A DNA stretch of 56,939 bases, the filler included, from Sphacelaria rigidula (Eukaryota): NCBI GenBank assembly GCA_964200075.2. It is 6 parts of 6 records of this genome, joined end to end, with 100 filler letters (N's around TTAATTAATTAA, not from the genome) between each part and the next. Parts side by side here need not be neighbours in the genome. Positions count along the whole stretch, not along the records: positions 9,508 to 18,914 come from CAXNAA020008574.1; positions 19,015 to 28,421 come from CAXNAA020008575.1; 4 more parts are not named here. The stretch is one strand, 5' to 3'. Within the stretch, counting starts at the first letter, position 1, and each line of letters opens with the position of its first letter. A program made the translations under genes and the position numbers. This document shows positions 11,687-23,400 of the stretch, piece after piece. The notes under the pieces were generated by a model that saw only the letters and a program-made list of their open reading frames with translations, was not told the origin of the DNA and made no database searches.

Positions 11687-14600
11687 ATGGGCGCCAAGTA
11701 CTCTGCGGTACATTGTATGAGGAGCAGCATGCAAAGGCAGGTGTCGCAGGACGATAGCGGTGCGAACGCGCGTAAGACGAATGGCTACAGGAACTGTCAC
11801 AACCAGTGGGCTCGTCTGCAGACGAGCGGGTCGTCCCCGTCCCCCCGCTCCGGACACGACGTGGTGGTCATCGGAAACAAGGCCTACCTATTTGGTGGCT
11901 GCGGCGGCGAGCAGGTAAATGTTTTCCTCTCGTGTCTCGGAAGAAAAGATTGTGCTATCACCATGCCATTTGGAATATTTACGGGGAGGGGTGAATTCTG
12001 CAGGGGTTCAAGTAAGAAAATGCTCACGCCGTTGCTTATGGGGGTTGCACAGCGTGCTCTCCATGAGCATTTGCGAAGCAGCGTGTTCGTGGTACTGGTG
12101 GCACCTCATGTCAGCCAAAAGCAACCCCATACGGTATGTCTTGATGTTCGTAGCAGTATCGATTGCTCCAAGAAGCCACCAGCATCGTTTGTCAGTACTC
12201 TACCCTACGCTTCGAATAAACCATTCAATATTTCGAACCAGCTATTGATGAGAAAATGTCGTGCTTTGCCCTCCTCAGTGGGTGGAGCCAAGGGCAACTC
12301 ATTCAGATGCCCCCAGCCATTGTCCAACCGCAACAGAGTTTTCGCCGTCAACTTGAAGGTCGTGCCGTTAGGATCAAGTCCCTGTTTGAGTGGAGGTCCT
12401 GCCAAGTATTTGCAACAGCAAGGTGCCCTCCATCGTATGATCGCTACTGTTGCATGTCATGCACGTTATACCACTAAGCGCGTGGGAAAACGTGTAAAGC
12501 TACACAAGTTTTCCCTGGATACGACATTTACCCATGCGCGCTAATAAGACTCACGAGGCTGCTATTAATAGTGGAGCGAATATTTATTACCTCTATGTGT
12601 GTGATTCGCCATGCCTGGCACGACAGAAAGGCGGGGACGTGGTCGACGGTGACGGTGCGCTTGGGACTAGTGAATAGTTGTCGAGGTCAAGTCCTTCCAT
12701 CGCCACGATATCTCTACCGCGCACGTCGTTGTCGGTGAACGCTGATACGGAATAAAATACATTTCGGCTGCGCGGCTTTTTTATTTTATTTTATAGTAAC
12801 AGCGCCGCTGCGCAAAGCTTCGCCAGGCCACGGTGCTCAAACTGGCATATCGACACCAGTTTGGCAGGAGCTTGTTGGCTCGAATCCCGACGGGGAAGTC
12901 GTTTTCTATATTTCGTCGTCCACAACACGAGGACGAGAATAAGCAGATTTGCTCAATGGAACTCGCTTGCCTACAAGAGTGCCCATGTAATACTCGATAG
13001 TATAATGCACAGGCACCAGTGGGGAGGCAGAGATTGAGCACTTCAGACTACCGACCCGCGCCGACAAAGTGGATGCGGTTAACAGTGCGATAAAAACACA
13101 CGATACCATGTACCCGGTACACATGTCGTTACTGGGTGTACACTGGTTTTCTAGCTTCCTTCGATCTGACGTTTTCCCTGACGCTTCCTGTTCTCCGCGA
13201 GCACAGCACATGGTTTGTGGGCAATGTCCAGAATCCAAGCGGGTGTTGCAAGATTTCACACATGTGGGCCTTGCCGAACCCGGATCAAGGATGAAGGCCA
13301 ACGGTTCTCTTTGCTTCCAGCGTACAATTGTTCAACGTACAGTTGACAGCGAAACATCTACCCGTTTTACGTGTCTGGCGCATATTACGGGCATGCTTCT
13401 GATGAACGCCCCCAAACTCCCGCGGACATGCCGCTAAAAGAACATTGATAACACGTTGTTAAGGTGGAGTGGGGTGTAAAGTCAAGCCACCAGAGGCAAC
13501 GTATCTATCGTGAAAGGCTTATTGCACAACTTCACAGTCGCCACCATTGCCCAGTAAAACACCAGTATCTCTACCCAAAACAAGTTCGCTCTAGCCGAGC
13601 CCGTGCCCGATCAATTATGTGTTGCCTCCTCCTATCACAGGCGGAAATACGACGAAAAATCTTTAGTTGTCTTAACGGTACATCTGTTTTACGGTGACTC
13701 AGAGATGAACCTTGTCAAATCTGCATCGAAGGACGTCTACGGTAGACGCGAGCGATTTGCGGGACACCGCAAGGAAATGCTGCCCATGTGCTGCTCACCA
13801 TCTCATCATGTGTATCGTGTATGATGCAACGGAGCCTACTCACTCCTATCTGGTTTCAAATCTTCATCATTTGATTGGTTGTACCGCTATGGTGATAAAA
13901 GAGAACACCAGTAGGAAAGGCAAAGTTTGATATAACTTCGTAGGTGTCTGCACCACCATGAGCCGCCGGAGAGCGATGAAGGCCATACGTAACGCCCACC
14001 ATACCTTGGTAAAAGGATGACTGTGCGCCCATGACACCTGCTCGCCGTCGCTGCCGTTCGTGCCACACAAAACGTGTTTCATCTACTGAGCACTTTCGGA
14101 TGATACTAATCCCCGCCATTGCCCCGTCATCCTCCCGCCTGCCCCACCCTGTTGCCTCAGGACCAAATCACGTGCCTGAACGATGTGTACGTGTTTGACC
14201 TCGAGCTTCACCGGTGGGACAAAGTCGCAGTCAAGGGAGATGCCCCCTTGCCGCGAGCATCATTCGGCATGTGTGCCGGTCCCGCCCCGGGTACACTCAT
14301 CGTCGCCGGCGGTACGGGGGTGGAGATGGACAGCTTGCGCGCGGATGTGGTGGAGTACAACGTACCAAATCGAACGTGGACGCGCATCCTCACTGACTCC
14401 GAGGAGACACCTTGTAAGTTCTACGGCCAGAGCGTGTGTACGTACGGCGACAAGCTGTTACTGTTCGGCGGATCCACGGGGCTGCACTACACTAACGATC
14501 TCTTTGAATACAACGTGCGATCGAACAAATGGAAGCGTCTAGTGACCACGGGTAGAAAGCCGTCCCCGCGGTACAAACACCAGGCGGTGGTTGTCGGCGA

Positions 14601-15171
14601 CAAGATGTACGTCCTCGGCGGTGGTTGCTTCAAGCCCGAGCAGAGCAGCATCGACCTCTACTGCCTCGACCTCGTCACCCTCGTGTGGGAAGAAACCGAA
14701 ATGAAGGGCGAGTTCCCCAAGGCACGCGTCGCTCACAGCTGCAGCTACGACGCTGAAACGGACGCGATTTATCTCTGGGGTGGATTCACAAGCGAGCTCA
14801 GCCGGCTGCAAGACTTCTTTGCTTTTCACCTGTCCTCGGGTACGTGGGTCCAGATAACAGAGGAGCCCACAAAAGCACCGTCGGCGGGGGGTGGGGCAGA
14901 CCTCGTTGGAGCACCGCCCGCACGTGCGTTTCACTCCGCGGCATTTTTCAAAGGGGGGCTATACGTGTTTAGTGGGGCTAACGGCGACGTGCGGTACTCC
15001 GACGTTTGGCGGTTTCAAGTTCGAACTACCCCGCCCAGTTTGTCGATGCTCGTGGGACACAAGCTCAGGTCTGGAAGCAAGGAAACGTTGAGGGAGATGG
15101 AACGACAGGTGCCTCAGGAGATCGTGCAAGCCGTGCTACTGATGAACGAGCACGCGGATAGACTCTGCTGA
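11687..15171 (+). CDS. KLHDC10: Kelch beta-propeller protein, KLHDC10-like; join(11687..11914,14161..15171), ~412 aa
   Basis: Exon 1 ends GGCGGEQ|gtaaat and exon 2 starts after ...gttgcctcag| in phase 0. Kelch motifs PSPRSGH..YLFGG, IVAGGTG, FYGQSV..LLFGGSTGLHYTNDL, PSPRYKH..YVLGGG, ARAFHSAA..YVFSG. C-terminal BC-box-like PPSLSML. The YGQ..FGGxTG..YxxDL blade resembles the KLHDC10/Slim family (recalled, not searched). Confidence 0.85.
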
Positions 15172-17026
15172 ATGTTATTAGAAATGCAGGTCAACTTACT
15201 GGAAACTCTGGCTGTTTCGGAATTCAGCTGAGCGGTGGTAGTCGTATTTCGTGCGTATCTTTTGTCGAGACACAGGCTGAGTGTTGTCGAAAAGTTGTTC
15301 CAGCGGCACTGTTGCAGTGCAACATGACTTTCGCCTGTCCTGCGTTCAAGCCTCATGAAAAATCGGATCGGGTTTGGGCAGCGATGAGTACCCTGACAGT
15401 CACATGGTATGGCGCGGAATCGTAGCTGCGTTTGATCTGAGTATATAAAAGTTTGTCAGCAGTGATTTTGCGCTTGTAACGTATCGAATATTACACCGCA
15501 AGCGGACGATTCCAGGCTCCTGACGCGAGGATAGATGGGTACAGGATAGTTTTTTTCTGAGACGCCAAGACAGAGGGATGGATCAGTTCTTCCCATCTGG
15601 TACCAACGTTTCTCCCAGTGGAGAGGCGATTATATTTTTTCTGAGATTTTCTCGTTTAGATCGGTGATGGAGTTGCATGTTAAGTCACGGCAATATCTCT
15701 CCCGGGTCTATTATCTCGGAACGTCACACGCAAGACGCGTCTCCACATTAATTAGTAACACAGGTTTTAGCGGGGTGTGTGGTGAGTGGGTTTGAGAATA
15801 GTTGAAGAAAAGAAAACATTTTTCAAGAGGTCTTCGGTTCTAATACACATAATTGGGCACGTAGGCCGTTCCATTTCGATTATTTGTAGGGGTGAAAAAT
15901 ATTTTTTTACAACGAATCCAAGCTTCTACAGTTTTCACTCTTGCAATCCAGGAAGTCGAGGGGACTTCCGGTCTCCGTATTCTAGTATGTAATTACTCAA
16001 ACGGTCGTGCTGTATTAATGATACTCAAAGCTTTTTTGTTTTTTGAGAGCAAATATGTGGAGTGTTTTCAACCGTATTTTCTTTGGTGTATTTTCTGCCC
16101 TTCACTTTGGGTGCACGAGCAGAGAATGGCGGTTGATGGTAAGTAGGGCAGGGTGATGCACGCACCACGGGCATAGCAGTAGCCAAATACCCCTACTGAA
16201 TGAACACTCTGCCTGCATATGTGTATGTGGACACGTACTATACAGAGTTTTTCGATCACATTGGCGACAGGGTTAACGTTGGCATGGCATCCACACAAGC
16301 TGATTGATCAGTGCGACACCACGAGTTTCTTTCAGACGATATCTGAATTCTGTTGTTTCGTACTTTTGATCATGCTCCATTCTTCATCGTCCTGCCGGTG
16401 TCCCGTGCTAGTCTTCGATACTGCTTCGAATTGAATATGGGAGTGGTGGCTGGCAAAGATAACGCATCTACTCTCTACCCTGCATCGGGAACCAGCAGCC
16501 ACCACGATGTCCACGCAATTTCCACGGGATTGCCAAGTGGTCTGCCTTGATGATACGAGGAAGCATCTTGCTGTCACGCACGAGTTCCGGTACAGGCATT
16601 TTCGAGCATGGCAGTAGTCGAAATGGATTGGAGTTCTGTTCATCCCAGCATACCATGCGGGCGGCGCGCTAACTCGATCGAGCATTCATTCGTGATCGGG
16701 GTTTGAAGTCGTTTTGCGTCGTTCTTTTCACCGCATTTTTTCAGGCAAAATCGCATATGCCAATAGTCCGATTCACGACACGTGAGCAATGTGACATTGT
16801 ACATGTGAAGTACAGGTGTCTGCGTGCAGAGTTCGAACGCACTTTCTTCTTCACAAGATCGCCGCCAGCGAAGGATTTTTCTGACAGAGTTGAAAAGAGG
16901 AACATTTGGGGGTTCAACCGCACAGTCAGCAGGCCCGCTAGCCAGCCAGATATCCACTTCCATGTGCAGACGCCGCCTTGCCCTGGTAGTCTAATGCTAG
17001 AACGGTCACTATTAGGGTAGAAAAAA

Positions 17027-17319
17027 CACGGGTTCGATTTCAGCCAGACTCGTTGGGGCATCTTCTTCGAATTTATGGTTTCTGCCCTCGAACGCGTGAG
17101 GCCTTGAGTACGTAGTGAAAAAAGGTTGCTTGACTGAGTTGGCTGAGTTTGCCCGACGGGGGTTGACGCGGCGCGGGAGTGCTGGTTCAATCCGGGAGCC
17201 TAAAATGCAAGGCGTGTACCGGGCAGATATGGGTTGATCCCTTGAGACCACGACTTTGTTCCGTGGAACGGGGGGGGGTTAAGGTTGGAGGTGTGACGAA
17301 AAAAACAATTCAACCCGTG
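17027..17319. mobile_element. Putative short CAC...GTG non-autonomous TIR element
   Basis: CACGGGTTCGATT at 17027 pairs with AATTCAACCCGTG ending 17319 (13 bp, 2 mismatches). AA on both flanks. Confidence 0.4.
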
Positions 17320-17810
17320 AACCGCAGAATATCGTGTGTGTTTCAATAGGCCCCGTTGAAACTATTGCGTTGTGTGCATGGTGCTGCTTGTACTCACTCC
17401 CTAATTGGATCCGTTCCGCCATGCACGTAGTGGTTTTACGCGAAGGCTGGTTTTGTGCTAATGATTCGTGGTGCCCTAAATCGACATCTTCCCCGGGGCA
17501 AGACAAGAAGAGCGAAAAAATCACTGCCTATTCTATAGTAGAGAGTATCCATAATACGCGAAATATATAAAATATTGTACAATTTGAGACTGGACAGGGT
17601 TATTATATTTTGAAAGACAATCGCTGTACGATTCACGCCACACGGCTGTGTCGATCTTGCTCTCAGAGCCGAGTTAATTTGTGGTGCGTCGTACCACTTC
17701 CGTTGAACGACACAACAAAAATCGTGACGAAGGATTGTCGCGCTTGTTGGTAGACCGGGCTTTTAGCATGCCCGGAGAGACAAGACAGCTCTTGCGGGTT
17801 ACCTACTATT

Positions 17811-18816
17811 TCACGAACTTATGGTCATACGCGCCGTGCGAATCGTGCTCGTGGTGCCCTTTCGATGATCAGAGCACGTGGTCATATTGAACATGCCAGC
17901 GCTCCCAACGTGCAATAAGGAGCTTGGAGCAACACTCGTCAACCATCCACCGCCCCCGCCGGGAGTAAAACTTCTACCACCGGTCCCCGTCGCGCGCGGC
18001 TGCTGCTGGCAAGCGATATTCCCTGGAGATTCCACGACACCGGCCCGCAATACCGGAGCTATTCGCTCCGCAGGTAATTGCCCCGCGCGTTTTTCTCGAG
18101 CACTCAATTTCTCCGCGTTTAATTGCTCCGCAGAAGGGCGAAGAAGATCCTCGTGTACGCTTCGTTCGTCGACGCGCTTGATATCCGGCGGTCTGAACTG
18201 ACAAGATGCGATGACCCAGTCTGATCCTCGCCCCTCTCCTCCTCCCCATGCATCACCAACCCTTCGCGGCGCTGCATTGAGCCGCTGCATTCTTCCGACA
18301 GTCTCCTCGTTCTCTCTACATCGCGATAACGATCTTTGCCGTCTGCGTCTGAAATTGCTCGACACGGTCGCCATAGCAGCAACGGCAGAAGCTGCTGTTG
18401 GGGGTGGTGATGAAGATAGAGGTGGCTGCAGGGTGGAGTAATTAGGGGGATCTGTGAGAAGGGAAGGGAGACACCGCCGCGGGGTGCTCTCTCGACTGGT
18501 GCTGTCGCCCGGAGTAATGAACCAATCTCCATTGCTGCACGACCCCTCAGCGGTTACTGTTGGCGTCGACTCTCGCGAAGTGCCCGGCCGTTGCCCCTCC
18601 GCCGTTTCACCGCGGGCGCAATGGTCGAACCTCCCCGCATTTGTGCCGGACCCTGCTTGCGCTTTTCCATCGGCTGGCTTCCTGGGCCCATGGACTTTGT
18701 CCTCCAGGGTTTGCAACAGCTGTGCGGAGCGGCCTGTGGAGTCTTCGACACCCCTCAGCTGTTGCCACGTGCTGAGCAGCGGCGCCATTGGTTCGTAGTG
18801 TCCACGGAAAGACGCG
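17811..18816 (-). CDS. Large exon (probably terminal) of a hypothetical low-complexity protein; upstream exons off-contig
   Basis: 325-codon open frame preceded on the minus strand by a C/A-rich tract and cag acceptor (...cacacagcag|cgcgtct), reading ASFRGHYEPMAPLLSTWQQ. GC-rich and coding-like, no recognisable domain. Confidence 0.5.
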
Positions 18817-18914
18817 CTGCTGTGTGTGTGGGGGGGGGGGGGGGGGGGGGGAGGTTGGCAGACCGGGGGGCCGAGGGGGGAAGTGGGCGCGATCAGAGGG
18901 AAGGAGATGGAAGG

Positions 18915-19014
18915 NNNNNNNNNNNNNNNNNNNNNNNNNNNNNNNNNNNNNNNNNNNNTTAATTAATTAANNNNNNNNNNNNNNNNNNNNNNNNNNNNNN
19001 NNNNNNNNNNNNNN
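18915..19014. other. Artificial contig linker
   Basis: N44-TTAATTAATTAA-N44. Confidence 0.98.
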
Positions 19015-19106
19015 CAGCGATCAACTTTTTTCTCCCTTTTGGGCAACCAGGCCGAAGAAATTGTGAATTTGGTGATTTTGAGCCGTGATGATTTGTCCTA
19101 ACCGTG
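19015..19106 (-). repeat. Dispersed repeat end (CACGGTTAGGAC family), cut by the contig start
   Basis: The reverse complement matches 37768-37860 and 52751-52845. Confidence 0.85.
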
Positions 19107-20483
19107 GAACTTACAGCCGTATCTCACAACAGTGGCGCACATCTGTACCCCACAGTGCTGTCGCCCCCGCGGCTGAGCGGCGTGCCTTCAACTAGCGCAC
19201 CAGTTCCATTCTAGCGCATACACTATCGCGTGCTATGGCCACGCGTGGGCTACGACCGCGGGACCGAAGACGATTTTCGTTTTGCGAAGGCCATCTCACG
19301 TGGGCATTGGGCACAACATCGGCGGAATGGATTTGGATCTTCGTTCGGAGGAATTGGGTAGACACATTGTCGTTCCTTAATTCTCCCGTAATATCTCGGT
19401 CATGATAAGTCACAGTTATGGACATGGTCGAGTGCAATTAATGTCGACATCGCGGGCGCAAAAACGTGAAGAACATCGAATAATGTATGCTATCCCCCCT
19501 CTGTCTGCTCTGTACGCAGTAGATGCCGTCGCTGCATTCCTTGTTCGGCGGGGCACACAAGGCAAACTCCCGCCGCTCGTACCTCAGTCGTTCTCTCACG
19601 TTTTTGTCGGCCTTCGTTGCGAATTCTCCCTGGGAATCATGCCATGTGACACAAATGGCCAAACTTGCAGAAAATGTCGGGTCTCATTTTCTCGACAAAA
19701 TTGTAGTCCCGAGTCATCTATGCTGTGCATCAGATATGACTAAGCCTCTTCCTTTTTTCTATCTGTGTTAGATGATATCACCCCCCCCCCCCCTTTACAT
19801 TCGGTTGAGCACCGCGGCAGTTTCGTAGGATTTTGACGCATATGAAATAAAGGCAGAGATAATGCCACAAATGTCTTCGTCCGTTTGCGGTGTTGAATCG
19901 CCAGAGTGCGCAGCACCTTTTCCGTGTACGTCACTGTCTAGGTTAGCTCCTAAACCGCCCAAAATTCATTCGATGAAATAAACGTGTTTTTTTAATTGAG
20001 CCACTTTGCACCGGCAGAGGGTAGCTGTCAAACCGTTGGCGCGTCAAGGTGGTCCGTATTTGTACTTGTTGGCCTTTGTATTCTTCGAATATATGAAGAA
20101 ACTTCCGATATACCCGACGCTCAGGGATACATTCGCCTCAAATTGCCGATGCCCTGTCAGAGGTGGCAGAGAGAGTCGATGTGTCGGACTGCCACATGAA
20201 GATGTGATGCCCAGGTTATTTCATCTTCGTTTCCAACATCGTTGGTTGTCGCGTCTGCACGTCGAGTCTACATACCACATGGATTTTCAGCATGCTCACA
20301 TAACATGGAGTGTTAGGACCGGTCTCTGACGAAGACTCCTAGAGTTGTAAAGGCAGTGATCAAGGAGCAACAGTATTTTGTCCCTCGTACGACATTCTTC
20401 ACATGGCAACAGACTCGACAGCTTACATCCTTCAAACTCCCCACAAAATTCTCTTTGGCTGACGTCAATAATGGCTCCCGCAG

Positions 20484-23400
20484 GTTTTGGGTCGATGGAC
20501 GCCAGGTTCGATCGAATTTCGGCACGACCAAGTATTGTGCCACGTACCTCCGCAACTCACCGTGCCAAAATCCGGATTGCTTATACCTGCACGAACTGGG
20601 CGACGAGGAGGACCGATTCACGAAGGAGGAGATCCAGCAGCGCTCGTTACTTGCTCCGCCGATCCCTCCCGGAGCTGTCACGGTAACAGGGGGTGGAGGG
20701 CCCAGCGGGACGGGTAAGCGTTGCACGTCTCCGTTTCTGCCGCCGCCGGTTTACGAGTCGTCGGACAGCGGGCCAGGTGGAGCACCGCAGAGAATGATGG
20801 GGCAGCCGGCAGCAGCGGCGCAGCGAGCAGGGGGAAGGGGTGCAAAGCCGTCGGCACAGTTACGCAACAGCGCGTTGCTACAGCAGATGCAGCAACAGAG
20901 ACGTCCGCATGAAGCACAGGTTGGTGGATCTTATGACGCTAGTGATGGCAGTATACATGGGATGCCAGTTTACACCTCCCATTATATTTGTGCGCATGTC
21001 AGTGTCACATAGGAGGCAGGTCACGCACTATTTTGTAATCCGCTTTCCTTCCGCGGTGCTTGCTTTCTTCTTTATGGCGAGAAGGGTTCAGCGATGTGTT
21101 CCCCTCGACGGCCGTGAAGTCGAATGAACCCTTCTAGTACTGGCGATGGAAAAGTGTGGATTTCGAGGTGCTGTATTTTGAACGATGTATGGGTGAGTAG
21201 TAACAGCTTTCACGCAAAACCAATAGCCCGACTCGTGTTTTTCAGACCCGTATGAAAAATTGCCCCAGTGCCGAATGGAACTCCGTTTATTGAAAATAGA
21301 AAAGTGGTGCTGATTTTTGTTCGTATAGACTTCACGCACCTGAGAGCTGATTTTGGCTGTGTTCACAAACTTGAACAAACTTGACCCCTTGCGTCCCTCA
21401 CTGGGCAAAACTAATCCGACTGCACCGGGGTGGCATTTTCGGTGCGTGCATAACATATGCTGGTGGATTCTTCTGTGGCCTTTCGCCGTGAAAATGGCTG
21501 CCATCGATCCTGTACGTTCCTATTTGTGAACACAGCCAAAATGAGGCGTCTGACCCGGGGACGCGAGGGCAGGGTTGCCAAAGGGTTAAATGTACTCACG
21601 ACATGGTTTCTTTCCATTGTTGGGCATGATGTGAACAAAAATCCCATATCGTGTGACTTCACCAAGATTCGAATCCACATCCCAACCGTCACTACCACCT
21701 GAGACACCGAGGCATGTGTCGCATGCGCGGTCTGGTAATGAGTTTGCGCTTGTTGCCTGACGAAGGCAGTAGTGGTGGCGTTTTTTTTGTCAAATTTGTG
21801 GGCTGGATGGACGTGAAACATGTGTTGATTCAGGGGTGTGCGTGCGTTGGTTCTTCGGTTGTTAGTCTCGTGTTGTTGACCACCTTTGCTTCCGGCTTCG
21901 CCATGTGTTGCGACCGCCACTGCCGGTGGTACATTTTGTTCTCTCTTCTGCGCCGTTGAGTTGCGAGTAATGTGCGACTGGTTGTGTTAGTTATATCATG
22001 TGTCAGTTCTGCGAAAACACACGGTTCCATCATCCATGCGTGTACCAGGAGGGCAGCTGACCCTCTGGCAACTGCGGCCAACGAATTGCTAGTCGAAGGG
22101 TGGTCGTCAGTGGATACGGTCAACTTCCGTATGGCATTGCCGATCATGAGTAATCCGCGATGAATCCTGACACGGTTGGTTCCCTGATTTCAATGGACTT
22201 TACGGTGGGCAGTTCACGGACCCACTCCATCTGGTGGCCACCCAGGTTATATGTGGGCTCAAAAACAGAACGCAAGACCAGATAAGCACCACCCATTCTA
22301 TCCGAAAGACGGCTTGCACCCGATGACGGATACATGCGGCAGACCGCTGCTACCCATCACCATGCACACACATCCTGAAGTGGGCGGCACTCTCGTACTG
22401 CGCAAGCAGCATCACCAGCAGCATTTCATTATCACAGGCCTTACCGTGCGGAACGTCCATGCAGTGTGTGCGAAAAATCGTCGTTCAGCAGACTGCTGAG
22501 AGGCAGTGTATTCAAACTCCTGCAGGGTAGATGGGTGTGAGATATTTTTGACGAAGCTTGCTATATTACAAACCTGTGATAAGTGATGCGTTGTATCCTT
22601 GTTACTGATATGTGCGGGTTATGAAGATCTTACGTATACTTTTCCATGAGTCAAAATCGGGTATTTTCTGCGCGAATCGCAATTGTGCTGGTTTTCCTGA
22701 TCATACGCCTGGAGAATCTCGCTTGAAGCGTTTTGTCTTCTGTGTTGACAAGCAAGCCATCGTTTGACAACACAACACTCCACTGCGCTGTGGGTCCACT
22801 GGAACGGTGGGGTATTGATGGTAAAAGGCGTCATGAAAGCCCGACGTTGTGGCACCAAAAGGTGAAAAAAGATACACCTCGCGGGCTACTGGAGAAAGTT
22901 GAAGTGAAGCGTTGTTTTTGACACGTTTGTTGCGACGTGGTTGTCCGAAGGTCAGGGTGGCTGGCAACAGTGTTTGGAACACGTTCTCCTTGGCACGACA
23001 GGTTGCTACTTTTATCGTGGCGATCATTTCTTTCACTCGCACATGCACGGAGTATCCATCAAGATACTACACGGGTACTCTTGTGAAATCAAATTTGTCG
23101 CCGTTCAAGCCTACGCTCGGGAAGACAAAATGCGTACCAGCAGTGCCTTCGGGTTGCGAGCTGCAGGTCGTGAGGCTTCTTATTTTGTTTGTTACAGTTG
23201 AAGGTGAAGTCTGAAATCTGTCTTGGTATTTCGATTTTGATGCACAACTGCTGTTGACGCCATTTTCTGTATTGCTATGTTCACTTTATACCGCAGGCCG
23301 TCTCCATGACATCCAAAACTTCAGGGTCAGTCGGCGTCGCATGGGGTGGAGCCGGGGCCGCAAACGGGTCCAGTGCGCAGCCGTCGGGCGTTCGCATCCC

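Noticed and set aside
11915..12544. Continuation of ORF 11687..12544 as a 285-aa protein
   Set aside because: Read-through into the intron after the GT donor at 11915. The kelch frame resumes at 14161.
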